Assembly (NCBI GenBank): GCA_902493275.1
Contig: CABUOQ010000003.1
Coordinates: 17,278-81,277, forward strand
Length of the DNA stretch: 64,000 bases
Origin: an uncultured Bacillota bacterium
GTDB lineage: Bacteria; Bacillota_I; Bacilli_A; RFN20; CAG-449
Reading direction: 5' to 3'
Position 1 is the first letter of the stretch. Each line of letters opens with the position of its first letter. The notes beneath the pieces are model-generated. The model was not told the origin of the DNA. It made no database searches and worked only from the letters and a program-made list of their open reading frames with translations. Shown here piece after piece: positions 49,876 through 60,958 of the stretch. Both the position numbers and the translations under genes were made by a program.

Positions 49876-49992
49876 AATAAATATTTACCTTTCTATTAAT
49901 TAAGACAATTTGATTTAAAAAAAAGTTTTAAAAAATTATACAAAGTAATTCTTTCGACAAAAATAGCATGATGAATACATTACTATGATAGC

Positions 49993-52206
49993 ATGAAACA
50001 AATAAAGAGATTATTTTTAAATTCAAAATTCGTTGAAAATATTATATTTATTTTTCTAATAAGTTTAATTAGTCTTATTAGTGATTCTTATGCGTTTAAT
50101 CCATTTGTTTTAGTGATTTTATTTTTAAGTTACAATAGAGGAATTAATACATATATTTGCACTGTTTCATTCAATATAATTACCTCATTTATTGTATCAG
50201 TTTCTTATGGGGTAGAAATAGTTATTGTAAATGCGCTATTTTTTCTTTTTTGCTTATTAATGTGCATGATAAAAACATCTTATTCGATAAAGAAGTATAT
50301 GCCATTTATTATGACTCATATCACTATTATCATCTTATTTTTAATCAAGTTTTTTTCGTGGTCGTTATTTATTAATTTATTATTAGAGTTTGCCTTATCG
50401 AGTATATTATTATATGGTTACAATTCTTTAATGTGCTGTATAAATGAAAAAGACTATGAATTTGATAATCGCGCTAAAGTTATAGTTTTGTCGTCTTTTT
50501 CTTTAATATTCTTTGGGATACAGGGCTTTTATTTAGTGATAGTATGTTTGATCCATTTAATTATTTGTAAAATATCTTCATCTATTATCGGGGCTCTTTC
50601 GTTAATCTTAAATTGTCTTATTTTATATTATTTGCAAAACTTTTCTTATAATAGTTTGATATGTTTAATTTTTCCATCGTTAATTGCGATATTTATCAAT
50701 AAAAAATATGTTTCTTTTATATATCTTGTTAGCTATGTGTTCATAAATGCTTTTGTATATGAAAATTTTTATACTTCGATGATGTTTTATCAAGGTTTAA
50801 TAGCTATAACTTTAAGCATCATTATTCCTAAAAAAGTATATGATTATTTTAGTGAATTATTTCTTCGCGCGGATAATCGTTTATATTTAGAAACAGAAAA
50901 GAGTCTAAATATTGCAACACAAGAAATTAATAATATTATTTCATATCTAGATGTAGTGTTAGCCTCATCTTTGAATAATCAATATATGCCAGAAGAAAAA
51001 TTAATTTCAGCTATGAAAGAGAAAATATGCATCGAATGTTCAAATAAGGGGACATGTGAATTGTTCACAATGCTTAAAGAATCTTTAAACACTGGATTAT
51101 CTTCTTCATCAAGAAAAAAATTGTTTGATGAATGTTATTTTCCATATAAAATAGTTCATTATTTGCGCATAGCATCATCATCGCTAAAAAACGAAAAAAA
51201 ACTCATTGATGAAATAAGAAATACTAATGCTTTATATCAAAAGGAAATTGAACATATTTATCGTCCATTAAGAAATTTATTTAATAAAACATCGATATTA
51301 ATCAAGCAAAAATCATATCTTGAAAAAGAATTAGAGAAAAATAAATATGTGATTAATAATCTTTCAATAAATAATAATAAAATATCTTTTGAAATCAGTC
51401 TAAAAAATAAACAGTATATATATGATGTTATTAATGTGATATCTTCTACGCTTAATCATAGTTATTATCTCGAAGATTTATTTTTTGTCCTGTCAATTAA
51501 TATGTATAAAGTTGAACTATCTTCTGATCCATTGTTTGAAATGCAAGAAGGAATAATATCATATGGATTAAATGATGGAGTCAATGGTGATTCGTATTTA
51601 AGTGTTGTTGAAAAAGACCATTACTATCTATTGCTTTCAGATGGAATTGGTCATAATAAAGATTCTTCATCAATATCTTTTTATTTGGTTAATGCTTTGT
51701 CATGTTATCGCAAAATAGAAGATGATGTTAGCAAACAAATAAGTAATGTAAATGCATTATTAAAGTCTAAGGTTGATGAAGAAAAATATGCGACATTAGA
51801 TTATATAGATATTAATTTAGTAAACGGAGAAATGAAAATGTACAAATGTGGATCATTTAATTCTTATTTATATCATCAAAATACTTTATATAAATTTAAA
51901 TCTAATACGCCACCTATTGGTATATTATATGACGTTAATACAGAACCTTTAGATAAAGAGCTAATCGATAATGATATTTTAATTTGCATGAGTGATGGTT
52001 ATAGTGATAATCCAGAAGATATTCTCCTAAGAATCTTAGCTAAAAGCGTTAATAAGGATTCAAATCAAATTGCTAAGGAATTAAATGAAGCTTTTATAAG
52101 TGAGAATTTAATAGAAGATGATAAAACATTAATCGTTTTAAAAATTCGAAAAATAAATAAGAGGTTTGAAGGAAAAAATGTAGGCATTTCCTTAAAAAAG
52201 ATATAG
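49993..52206 (+). CDS. spoIIE: Stage II sporulation protein E (polytopic N-terminus plus C-terminal PP2C-type phosphatase)
   Basis: About 10 TM helices, then a PP2C-like domain (LLLSDGIGHNKDSS, ILICMSDGYSD). Conserved position upstream of tilS-ftsH. Confidence 0.7.
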   Translation: MKQIKRLFLNSKFVENIIFIFLISLISLISDSYAFNPFVLVILFLSYNRGINTYICTVSFNIITSFIVSVSYGVEIVIVNALFFLFCLLMCMIKTSYSIKKYMPFIMTHITIIILFLIKFFSWSLFINLLLEFALSSILLYGYNSLMCCINEKDYEFDNRAKVIVLSSFSLIFFGIQGFYLVIVCLIHLIICKISSSIIGALSLILNCLILYYLQNFSYNSLICLIFPSLIAIFINKKYVSFIYLVSYVFINAFVYENFYTSMMFYQGLIAITLSIIIPKKVYDYFSELFLRADNRLYLETEKSLNIATQEINNIISYLDVVLASSLNNQYMPEEKLISAMKEKICIECSNKGTCELFTMLKESLNTGLSSSSRKKLFDECYFPYKIVHYLRIASSSLKNEKKLIDEIRNTNALYQKEIEHIYRPLRNLFNKTSILIKQKSYLEKELEKNKYVINNLSINNNKISFEISLKNKQYIYDVINVISSTLNHSYYLEDLFFVLSINMYKVELSSDPLFEMQEGIISYGLNDGVNGDSYLSVVEKDHYYLLLSDGIGHNKDSSSISFYLVNALSCYRKIEDDVSKQISNVNALLKSKVDEEKYATLDYIDINLVNGEMKMYKCGSFNSYLYHQNTLYKFKSNTPPIGILYDVNTEPLDKELIDNDILICMSDGYSDNPEDILLRILAKSVNKDSNQIAKELNEAFISENLIEDDKTLIVLKIRKINKRFEGKNVGISLKKI

Positions 52207-52217
52207 AATAACCATTG

Positions 52218-53423
52218 ATGGAACAACTTAATTTAAATCGTAAATATAAGTATTTATTAGCGATATCAGGCGGTAGTGATTCAATGGCTCTTGCAGATAT
52301 GCTTATTAAACAACATTATGATGTTTGTTTTGCTCATGTGAATTATCATCATCGCCAAGAAAGTAATTATGAACAAAAAATGATTGAAGAATATGCTTTA
52401 AAAAATAACATTAAAGTTTTTATAAAACAAGCATATTATGAAAATCAAAATCGTAATTTTGAAAATTGGGCCAGGGAAATTCGTTATCAGTTTTTTAGTG
52501 AGACTATTAAGAAAAATAATCTTTATGGATGTTTAGTTGCTCATCATCAAGATGATTTAATTGAAACTTATCTAATGCAAAAAAAACGTGGATATGTTTT
52601 AAATTATGGCATAAAATATCAAACAATTATTAAGAATATTTTAATTATTAGACCATTATTAAATTTTACTAAAGATGATTTAGAAAAATATTGTTTACAA
52701 AATGAAATCCCCTACTCATTTGATATTACAAACGATGATTTAACTTTATCGCGAAATAAAATTCGACACCAGATAGTTAAAAAATTAGATAAAGATCAAC
52801 GGGCTAAATTGCTAAATGAGATTGCTTATGAAAATCAAAAAATAGAATTGATAAATAATAAAATCAAAAAAATGGATTTAAAGAATCTAAAGATGAATGA
52901 TTTACAAGCATTAGATGAAGAACCCTTTCATCGCTTATTATTTAAAATTGCTAATGATGAGGATGAGAGTTTGATATTAAGCAAGAAACGATTAGATGAA
53001 ATTAGAAAGATATTAATTAATTCAAAGGGAAATCAAAAAATTAGACTCAATTCATCATATTATTTTTTAAAAGAGTATGAGAGTTTAAAGTTAGTTAAAA
53101 AAGAGCGATATAATTATGATATAACAATCAAAACACCACAGATTGTTGATAATCGCTTCATATATTTTGATCTTATTACAAACCCTAAGCGATTTTATAT
53201 TAACGAAGATTCTTATCCTTTAACGATTAGAATAGTTTCTAAAAAAGATATCATAAAAATTGGAAACATTCATAAAACTATTAATAGGCTGTTTATCGAT
53301 GAGAAAATTCCGTTTCTAAAAAGACAATATTGGCCAAAAATTGTTGATTGTTATGGCAAAATAATTTTTGTTCCTCGAATAAGTGCAGATGAAGATGGCT
53401 TATATGTTGTAAAAAACATTTAA
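52218..53423 (+). CDS. tilS: tRNA(Ile)-lysidine synthetase
   Basis: PP-loop motif LLAISGGSDSMALA. Located upstream of ftsH. Confidence 0.8.
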   Translation: MEQLNLNRKYKYLLAISGGSDSMALADMLIKQHYDVCFAHVNYHHRQESNYEQKMIEEYALKNNIKVFIKQAYYENQNRNFENWAREIRYQFFSETIKKNNLYGCLVAHHQDDLIETYLMQKKRGYVLNYGIKYQTIIKNILIIRPLLNFTKDDLEKYCLQNEIPYSFDITNDDLTLSRNKIRHQIVKKLDKDQRAKLLNEIAYENQKIELINNKIKKMDLKNLKMNDLQALDEEPFHRLLFKIANDEDESLILSKKRLDEIRKILINSKGNQKIRLNSSYYFLKEYESLKLVKKERYNYDITIKTPQIVDNRFIYFDLITNPKRFYINEDSYPLTIRIVSKKDIIKIGNIHKTINRLFIDEKIPFLKRQYWPKIVDCYGKIIFVPRISADEDGLYVVKNI

Positions 53424-53497
53424 TTTATGATATAATTAATCGAGTTTCAAATAATTAAAATTTTATTTTTTAAGAAATTTAGTTTAAGGAGGCAACA

Positions 53498-55672
53498 ATG
53501 AATAATAAGAAAAAAGGCAGTTTCTTTTCGTTCATATTTCCATACATATTAATTGCGGGAATTATCATTACCATTCTTTTTATGTTTAATGGTTTCAATA
53601 GAAATCAAGTAAGATATTTATCTGAACCTGAGGTTTTAGGAAGTATCACCCAAGTCGATTTAGATATGCTTACTAACGCATCTAATGATAAAGACAAAGA
53701 GAATGCGACAAATAATTTAAATGAAAAATTAGATAAATCATTTTTATATAAAGAAAGAATTACTTCTCTTGATATTTCACCTAAGACAAATTTAATTAAT
53801 TTAACTGGTTATTATATCGGAATTAATTCGTCTAATAAAGAATCTCAATATGCTTTTTCAGCGACAATTAGTAAAGATAGCCAAGTTATTTTAAATTATA
53901 TTGTTAACAATAGATATCAAAAAGAAGCTGATGGTACATTTAAGCTCGATGAAAATGGACAAAAGATTATTTACTTTAATAAATCTATTTTATCTTATTC
54001 TGATCCATATGCGTCAAATTTCTGGAGAGATTATTTTCCAACGATTTTAATCGCGGGTGTATTAATTATCTTAGGGGTATTCTTGTTTTCAAGAATGTCA
54101 AATTCGATAAATAAATCAAATAATTCAGCATTAGATTTTAATAGTTCACGTGCGAGACGTGAAGATGCATCCAATGTTCGTTTTGATGATGTAGCGGGAT
54201 GTGATGAGTGTAAAGCAGAGATGATTGAGTTAGTTGATTATTTACGTCAACCTCAAAAATATTCTAAATTTGGTGCAAAATTACCAAAAGGCGTTCTCCT
54301 TGTTGGCCCACCAGGAACAGGTAAAACTTTGCTTGCTAAAGCCGTTGCAGGTGAGGCTAAAGTTCCATTTTATTCAATTTCAGGTTCTGATTTTGTTGAA
54401 ATGTTTGTTGGTGTTGGTGCTGGTAGAGTTAGAGATATGTTCAAAAAGGCTAAACAAACGGCACCTTGCTTAATATTTATTGATGAAATTGATGCTGTTG
54501 GTCGTCAAAGAGGAACAGGAATGGGCGGCGGAAACGATGAACGTGAACAAACCTTGAATCAATTACTTGTTGAAATGGATGGCTTCTCAGATAATGCGGG
54601 AATAATTGTAATCGCGGCTACTAATAGAGATGATGTATTAGACCCAGCACTTTTAAGAGCTGGTCGTTTCGATAGAAAAATTACTGTTGATTTGCCAGAT
54701 AAGGAAGGACGTGAAGCAATCTTAAAGGTTCACGCAAGAAATAAAACTATATCTAAAGAAGTTGACTTTGGCGCTATTGCAAAAAGAACAGTTGGTTTCT
54801 CTGGAGCGGATTTAGCTAATATTTTAAACGAAGCTGCGATTCTTGCAGTTAGAGAAAATAAAACAGAAGTAACCACTAAAGATATTGATGAAGCAATCGA
54901 TAGAAGAATTGCAGGACCTGCTAAATCAAGCAAATCACTTTCTGAACACGAAAAAAGAGTTGTTGCTTTCCATGAGGCAGGACATGCAATAATCGGATTA
55001 AAAATACCTTATTCAGATAAAGTTCAAAAAGTTACTATTATTCCACGTGGAAGAACTGGTGGCCATGTATTGATGACACCAGAAGAAGACAGATTCTTAA
55101 TGACAAAAGGTGAACTAGAGGCCCGTATTATTGGTTATCTTGGTGGAAGATCTTCAGAAGAGGTATTCTTTGATGATGTTTCTACAGGAGCTTCAAATGA
55201 TATTGAAGTAGCAACTAGAATTGCCAGAGCAATGGTATCACAATATGGTATGTCTTCATTAGGACCAATTCAATATGAATCTGATCAAGGTTCGGTGTTC
55301 TTAGGTAGAGATTATACTAGTGCTGGAAGAAATTTCTCTTCACAAGTTGCAAATGAAATAGATGCTGAGATAAGAAAGATTATTGATCACGCTCATCAAA
55401 TAGCGTTAAAAACAATTAAAGATAATAAAGATAAGGTTACTTTAATTGCTAATGTCTTAATTGAAAAAGAGACAATAAATGCGGAAGAGATTGATTATTT
55501 GATGAAATATGGTGAATTACCTCCAGAAAAAACAGTTAAAACTGAAGAAGTTAATTCCGAGGTAAAAACTGAAGAAGTAAATAGTACTTTAGAAGAAAAT
55601 AAAATCGAAGAAGTAAAAAAAGAAAATGTTGAATCTAATGATGATTCAAAAAAACAAGATGAAACAAAATAA
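53498..55672 (+). CDS. ftsH: ATP-dependent zinc metalloprotease FtsH
   Basis: AAA Walker [12 protein letters not shown] motif. Zn motif HEAGHA. Two N-terminal TM segments. Confidence 0.95.
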   Translation: MNNKKKGSFFSFIFPYILIAGIIITILFMFNGFNRNQVRYLSEPEVLGSITQVDLDMLTNASNDKDKENATNNLNEKLDKSFLYKERITSLDISPKTNLINLTGYYIGINSSNKESQYAFSATISKDSQVILNYIVNNRYQKEADGTFKLDENGQKIIYFNKSILSYSDPYASNFWRDYFPTILIAGVLIILGVFLFSRMSNSINKSNNSALDFNSSRARREDASNVRFDDVAGCDECKAEMIELVDYLRQPQKYSKFGAKLPKGVLLVGPPGTGKTLLAKAVAGEAKVPFYSISGSDFVEMFVGVGAGRVRDMFKKAKQTAPCLIFIDEIDAVGRQRGTGMGGGNDEREQTLNQLLVEMDGFSDNAGIIVIAATNRDDVLDPALLRAGRFDRKITVDLPDKEGREAILKVHARNKTISKEVDFGAIAKRTVGFSGADLANILNEAAILAVRENKTEVTTKDIDEAIDRRIAGPAKSSKSLSEHEKRVVAFHEAGHAIIGLKIPYSDKVQKVTIIPRGRTGGHVLMTPEEDRFLMTKGELEARIIGYLGGRSSEEVFFDDVSTGASNDIEVATRIARAMVSQYGMSSLGPIQYESDQGSVFLGRDYTSAGRNFSSQVANEIDAEIRKIIDHAHQIALKTIKDNKDKVTLIANVLIEKETINAEEIDYLMKYGELPPEKTVKTEEVNSEVKTEEVNSTLEENKIEEVKKENVESNDDSKKQDETK

Positions 55673-55696
55673 AAGGAGAGAAAACTCTCCTTTTTA
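55673..55696 (+). terminator. Rho-independent terminator (GGAGAG-aaaa-CTCTCC plus T5)
   Basis: Inverted repeat and T-run directly after the ftsH stop. Confidence 0.75.
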
Positions 55697-55711
55697 TAAG
55701 TAGTAAGAATT

Positions 55712-56683
55712 ATGAATAAAAAACCATTATTAATTTTAGCGCCTCTTGCAGGTTATACCAATATTGCTTATCGCTCTTTTATGAAAGAGTTTGGCTTTGA
55801 TATTGTAGTTTCAGAAATGATTTCTGATTTTGCTTTAATTTACTCTAATCAAGAGACATTTAAAATGGTTGAGACATCATCCAAAGAAAAGCCAGTGGCA
55901 ATTCAATTATTTGGAGGTAATAAAGATACACTTATTAAAGCGGAACAAATTTTAAATAAGATATCAAATTACGACTATCTTGATGTTAATTTAGGATGCC
56001 CTGTTCAAAAGGTTGTCAAAAATAATGCGGGGTCTTCATGGTTAAAAAATGATCGCCAAGAAGAATTATATTTAATGATGAGGGAATTATGTGAAAAATC
56101 ACAAAAACCAGTCACAGCGAAAATACGTTTGGGTTGGGATAAAGATTCTATAAATGTTATTGAAACATGTAAATTATTAGAAAAAGCCGGAGTGAAATTG
56201 ATTGTTATCCATGGTAGGACTAAGAGTCAACTTTATTCTGGTCAAAGCGATTATGAATGGATAAAAAAAGCTAAAGATGCGGTATCTATTCCAATTATTG
56301 CTAATGGAGATATAAATTCTTTGTCAAAAGCTATAGAGGTATTAGATTATACGAAGGCTGATGGAATCGCTCTTGGAAGAGGAGCACTTGGTAATCCGTA
56401 TTTAGCCACTCAAATTAAAACTTACTTTGAAACGGGAGAGATATTACCTTCATCAACGATACAAATGCAGATAGATTATTTAAAGAAACATTATGTAGCC
56501 TTAGAAAAATTAAAAGGTGAATATATTGCAATTCGTGAAATGCGAGGAATTTCTTCCTGGTATTTAAAAGGATTTAGTCATGTTAGAGACTATAAAGTTG
56601 CATTTTCTACGATTAATTCATCCAAAGATTTATATGAAATTTGTCAAAACATCTTAAAAGATGATAAAATTGAACGTGTTTAA
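55712..56683 (+). CDS. dusB: tRNA-dihydrouridine synthase
   Basis: Dus family TIM-barrel (LAPLAGYTN, NLGCP, VIHGRT). Precedes lysS as in Bacillus. Confidence 0.85.
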   Translation: MNKKPLLILAPLAGYTNIAYRSFMKEFGFDIVVSEMISDFALIYSNQETFKMVETSSKEKPVAIQLFGGNKDTLIKAEQILNKISNYDYLDVNLGCPVQKVVKNNAGSSWLKNDRQEELYLMMRELCEKSQKPVTAKIRLGWDKDSINVIETCKLLEKAGVKLIVIHGRTKSQLYSGQSDYEWIKKAKDAVSIPIIANGDINSLSKAIEVLDYTKADGIALGRGALGNPYLATQIKTYFETGEILPSSTIQMQIDYLKKHYVALEKLKGEYIAIREMRGISSWYLKGFSHVRDYKVAFSTINSSKDLYEICQNILKDDKIERV

Positions 56684-56752
56684 TACGTATTTGCTTATTT
56701 ATGGTTTAAATATCATTAAAAATTAATTAAAATATATATTGAGGTTTATTTT

Positions 56753-58234
56753 ATGGAAGAAAAATTAACAGAACAAGAAATTATAAGAAGAGAAAAACTT
56801 AACAAATTAAAAGAAATGGGTGTAAATCCTTATGGTGAAAAATTTATTCGTAGTGATAATTCTGAGACTATAAAAAGATTCAAGGATTTAACCAAAGAAG
56901 AATTGGAAGAGAAGAACGTCATTGTAACAATGGCAGGACGTGTTATGACAGTTAGAAGAATGGGAAAAGCCTCATTTTTCCATGCTCAGGATAAATTTGG
57001 ATTATTTCAATGCTTTATTTCTAAAGATTCAGTAGGAGAAGAGCAATACAATATTTTTAAAATTGCTGATATTGGAGACATTGTTGGTGTCGAAGGTATG
57101 GTAATGAAAACTAATACAGGTGAACTAACGATAAAAGTTCATAAATATACTCATTTAAGTAAATCTCTTAGACCTTTACCAGAAAAATTTCATGGTTTAA
57201 CTGATGTGGAAGAGAGATATCGTCGTCGTTATGTTGATTTAATTATGAATGAGGATTCTAAGCGTGTCGCATTATTAAGACCTAGAATCATTCGTATTAT
57301 GCAAAATTATTTTGATTCACTTGGATTTGTTGAAGTTGAAACCCCTATTTTAACTTCAATTGTATCAGGTGCTTCGGCTAGACCATTTATGACTCACCAC
57401 AATTCTTTAAATAAAGATTTTGCTTTAAGAATTGCCTTAGAGTGCAATTTAAAAAGATTGATTGTTGGAGGTCTTGAAAGAGTCTATGAGATTGGAAGAA
57501 ACTTCCGTAATGAAGGTATAGATACAAGGCATAATCCAGAATTTACTATGGTAGAATTATATCAAGCATATGGTGATCTATCAGATATGATGGATTTAAT
57601 TGAAAACACTTTCCGTCTTATTTCTAAAGAAATTAATCACACTGCAGTTATTCCATTTGGTGAATACACAATAGATATGGAAAAACCATTTAGAAGAGTT
57701 ACCATGGCTGAATTAGTAAAAGAAGCAACAGGTGTTGATTTTGTTAATAATCATTATACATTTGAAGAAGCATGTGAATTAGCTAAAGAACATAAAGTTC
57801 CATTAGAGCCACATTTTACAGGTGTTGGACATGTTTTAAATGCTTTCTTTGAAACATATTGTGAAGAAAAACTTATTCAACCTACAATTGTTATGGGACA
57901 TCCAATTGAGATATCTCCTCTTACAAAAAAGAGTGAAGATCCACGTTTCACAGAAAGATTTGAATTATTTATCGCCGGTGGCGAATATTGTAATGCATAT
58001 TCAGAACTTAATGATCCAATTGATCAAAAAGAGCGATTTATTGAACAATTAAAAGAAAAAGAATTAGGTAATGAAGAAGCTGGTGATTATGATCAAGACT
58101 TCATTGAGGCCCTTGAATATGGTATGCCTCCATGTGGTGGTATTGGTATTGGCATTGATCGTATGGTAATGTTGATGACAAATTCAACTTCTATTCGTGA
58201 TGTATTATTATTCCCAACGATGAAGGATAGATAA
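56753..58234 (+). CDS. lysS: Lysine--tRNA ligase (class II)
   Basis: Class II aaRS motifs (FRNEGIDTRHNPEFT, GGIGIGIDR). 493 aa. Confidence 0.95.
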   Translation: MEEKLTEQEIIRREKLNKLKEMGVNPYGEKFIRSDNSETIKRFKDLTKEELEEKNVIVTMAGRVMTVRRMGKASFFHAQDKFGLFQCFISKDSVGEEQYNIFKIADIGDIVGVEGMVMKTNTGELTIKVHKYTHLSKSLRPLPEKFHGLTDVEERYRRRYVDLIMNEDSKRVALLRPRIIRIMQNYFDSLGFVEVETPILTSIVSGASARPFMTHHNSLNKDFALRIALECNLKRLIVGGLERVYEIGRNFRNEGIDTRHNPEFTMVELYQAYGDLSDMMDLIENTFRLISKEINHTAVIPFGEYTIDMEKPFRRVTMAELVKEATGVDFVNNHYTFEEACELAKEHKVPLEPHFTGVGHVLNAFFETYCEEKLIQPTIVMGHPIEISPLTKKSEDPRFTERFELFIAGGEYCNAYSELNDPIDQKERFIEQLKEKELGNEEAGDYDQDFIEALEYGMPPCGGIGIGIDRMVMLMTNSTSIRDVLLFPTMKDR

Positions 58235-58254
58235 AATTTAAAGTTAAAAAACTA

Positions 58255-58290
58255 AACTAGGAGAAAAAAATAATCTTCTAGTTTTTTTGT
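58255..58290 (+). terminator. Terminator for lysS (AACTAGGAGA ... TCTTCTAGTT plus T7)
   Basis: Near-perfect inverted repeat with a T-run. Confidence 0.6.
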
Positions 58291-58292
58291 AC

Positions 58293-58323
58293 AAAAAAAG
58301 GTTAGCAGAAAATCCGCTAACCT
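58293..58323 (-). terminator. Terminator for the convergent minus-strand lipoprotein gene (GGTTAGC ... GCTAACC with a T-run on the minus strand)
   Basis: Inverted repeat flanked by A7 on the plus strand. Confidence 0.55.
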
Positions 58324-58346
58324 AGATGGAATTGAAATAAAGTTTA

Positions 58347-59924
58347 TTATTCTACTTTTGTTAAATAGAACATGTCATATCCTTTATATAATCTATTGCC
58401 TCTTGAATTTATAGAGTATTCTTCACCATTAATAAGGAATGCAAGTTCGCCATAATCATTAACACTTAAATCAGTTGCAAGTACACCATCTAAAGTAACA
58501 CTTGTTTCTGTAACAACTAAAGTACCAGTAATAGTATCATCATAATTAGAATATGTATATGATCCGGCATGATTTGCTAATAATGCAGGTAATGGGTCAA
58601 ATGCAGAAATAGTTTCTAAATCAAATGGAAGAGTATATCCTTCATAGAGATATTCAATTGATGAAACGTGTCCATCGCCAGAAGCTTCAATTTTAGAAAT
58701 TTTATTATTTGAATTTAAATATATGTTAACTTCGGTTGAAGCATAGTTTTGAGGATCTTCAAATGGTTGAATACCATATAGGAAGACACCGGCTATTTCA
58801 CCAGTTAAAGTATAAGCACCTGTAGTTTCATCATAAGTGAAAAATTCAGTAGCGATGTTAAATCCGGTTAATTTTTCAGCTTTTTCCATAGTGAATGTAT
58901 TATAAGAATATGTTCCATTTTCTTCATCGTATACCAATTGATGAGCTTCACCATCTTTTACGATATAACCATCGCTTTCATCATAAGTTTGATCATATAT
59001 AAATAAATATGAATCTCCGCCTTCACCATAGTAACAATCAGTAACATATTCTGTATCATCACCATAATAAGTCATTAATTGAACAGCTTTATAGGTATCA
59101 TTTTCAAGTGTTGTAAGAGCATTTCTTAAAGTGGTATGATATGGTTTAGTTTCTAATGGTGTAGGTAATGGATATTCTTCAAAATCTTCTGGTAAAGAAA
59201 TAGCTAAATCATATTCATAATAACTTGATCCAAGTGAATCTGTAAATACTGGTGTCTTAATATGAATAGAAGTAATTTCATCATCAACAATCTTTAAAGA
59301 AAAATCTTCTAAACTAGGATATGTGCTATAAACTAGATTTGATGTTGCATAAATAGCTTCTGCACTCTTTTCAGTGTCTTTAATATCTAAACGATAAACG
59401 CTAGGATCAGCTTCATCTGCAGTAAATGACTCGGCACTAATATAACGGAAAGGATTATCATAATCTTTCCATTGGAATAAATTGCCTTCGTCATCTTCAA
59501 GTACTTCATATTCTACTTCATTATTTGAGGTAATATAATAGTGAAGAACTGTGTCATCTTCTCCTTTATATAAAGTTGAAGTAAGACCTAAATCTCCAGT
59601 TATTTCAATATGATAACTTTCGTTACCAAGAATTAAGCTTAATTCTCCTTCTACGACAGCTTTTTCTTCTAAAGTGGTGCTATCGACAAGCACTTCTTTA
59701 GCTGTACCATTTACGAGCATAGCACGGTTTAATTTTGCATACGCTTCTGCAAAATTAATTACAGAGCCGCTAGATTCTTCTGAAGAACTTACTCCTGAAG
59801 AAATAGCTTCTGAACTAGATTCTTCTGATACGTTAGCAGATGAACTAGATGATGAAGAAGCAACAGAATTACATGCCATAACCATCAATAATGATGGAAG
59901 CAAAACAAATATTTTTTTGTTCAT
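58347..59924 (-). CDS. Ser-rich surface lipoprotein (525 aa)
   Basis: Lipobox LMVMAC followed by a poly-Ser linker. Confidence 0.6.
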   Translation of the reverse strand: MNKKIFVLLPSLLMVMACNSVASSSSSSSANVSEESSSEAISSGVSSSEESSGSVINFAEAYAKLNRAMLVNGTAKEVLVDSTTLEEKAVVEGELSLILGNESYHIEITGDLGLTSTLYKGEDDTVLHYYITSNNEVEYEVLEDDEGNLFQWKDYDNPFRYISAESFTADEADPSVYRLDIKDTEKSAEAIYATSNLVYSTYPSLEDFSLKIVDDEITSIHIKTPVFTDSLGSSYYEYDLAISLPEDFEEYPLPTPLETKPYHTTLRNALTTLENDTYKAVQLMTYYGDDTEYVTDCYYGEGGDSYLFIYDQTYDESDGYIVKDGEAHQLVYDEENGTYSYNTFTMEKAEKLTGFNIATEFFTYDETTGAYTLTGEIAGVFLYGIQPFEDPQNYASTEVNIYLNSNNKISKIEASGDGHVSSIEYLYEGYTLPFDLETISAFDPLPALLANHAGSYTYSNYDDTITGTLVVTETSVTLDGVLATDLSVNDYGELAFLINGEEYSINSRGNRLYKGYDMFYLTKVE

Positions 59925-60115
59925 ATAAATCTCCTTTGTAAAGTATTTTTGATAAAAATAATACTTAGAAAAATAATATATGTTTGTATTTTTTTTATCA
60001 ATAGAATTTAAACAATATTCTTAATTTGTCGTATAATTTATATTTGTTTTGCAAATAAACAAAAAACGCAAATAAATTCAATTTGCGTTTAATTAATGAA
60101 AAATAGATTTATTTA

Positions 60116-60958
60116 TTATATTGATTCGGGTGAATATAGCGTTCCTTTAAAATCAGATAAGGCGGTATAATGATAACTCATAGTCGTTTCTTTCATGGCA
60201 TAATTATATTGATAGTCACCTAAAAATTGTGCACCTTCTATTTTTTCATAGGAATTGATTAATCTATTGTTTGAAAACGATAATTCAAAGTCGTAGGACA
60301 TAACTTCACTGGCACTTGAACCATCTTCGGTTTGAGTTATCTGTGAGTCATAAGAACAAATTAAGGTGTATACGCCTTCATATAAACTAAGAGATACACT
60401 ACGATTAAAAATATGTGAAACAACTATATTATCTTCAGTTCGCTCGTATTCTTCATCATTAATTATGCTATTTAATAAACTATAAAAGTAGTCGTTTTCA
60501 TTTAAGGAGAAGACTTTTTTTAATGATTCTTCAGTGTATCTACTTTTAGGAGTACTTATAGAATAATTATCTTTTGAATTAGGACCATAATACCAAATTT
60601 CAATAACGCTTGATTTTGTTTCATATACTTGTTTTTCAAAAGAAAAGGTAGAATCTTCATACTTGCTTTCACCATTATCGATAATTATATTATTGTTATA
60701 TAAAGTCGAGGTATAATTTGAAGTTGTTTTAAGATTGTTGTCGGTATTTAAAATAATTTGTTTTTGAGATACAACATCATTCATATCATTAATAGTGGCA
60801 ACAAATTCCCTTATCTCTTGATCATTAAAATCTACTTTAGAGGATACGGAAGAATTAATACTTGATGATGAATCACTATTAGAACTTACTAATGATGAAG
60901 TAATGTTATTTTGACATGATAATAAGAATGGCAAAGTTAATAAGAATATTTTTTTCAT
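60116..60958 (-). CDS. Surface lipoprotein (280 aa)
   Basis: Lipobox FLLSC. Ser-rich linker. Confidence 0.55.
   Translation of the reverse strand: MKKIFLLTLPFLLSCQNNITSSLVSSNSDSSSSINSSVSSKVDFNDQEIREFVATINDMNDVVSQKQIILNTDNNLKTTSNYTSTLYNNNIIIDNGESKYEDSTFSFEKQVYETKSSVIEIWYYGPNSKDNYSISTPKSRYTEESLKKVFSLNENDYFYSLLNSIINDEEYERTEDNIVVSHIFNRSVSLSLYEGVYTLICSYDSQITQTEDGSSASEVMSYDFELSFSNNRLINSYEKIEGAQFLGDYQYNYAMKETTMSYHYTALSDFKGTLYSPESI

Noticed and set aside
59906-60954. A7/T7 tracts at the 5' ends of the lipoprotein genes (the MKKIF and MNKKIF codons) as slipped-strand phase-variation switches
   Set aside because: The tracts are only 7 nt long. They are explained simply by AAA Lys codons in the signal peptides, which is usual in an AT-rich genome. 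There is no evidence of length heterogeneity.
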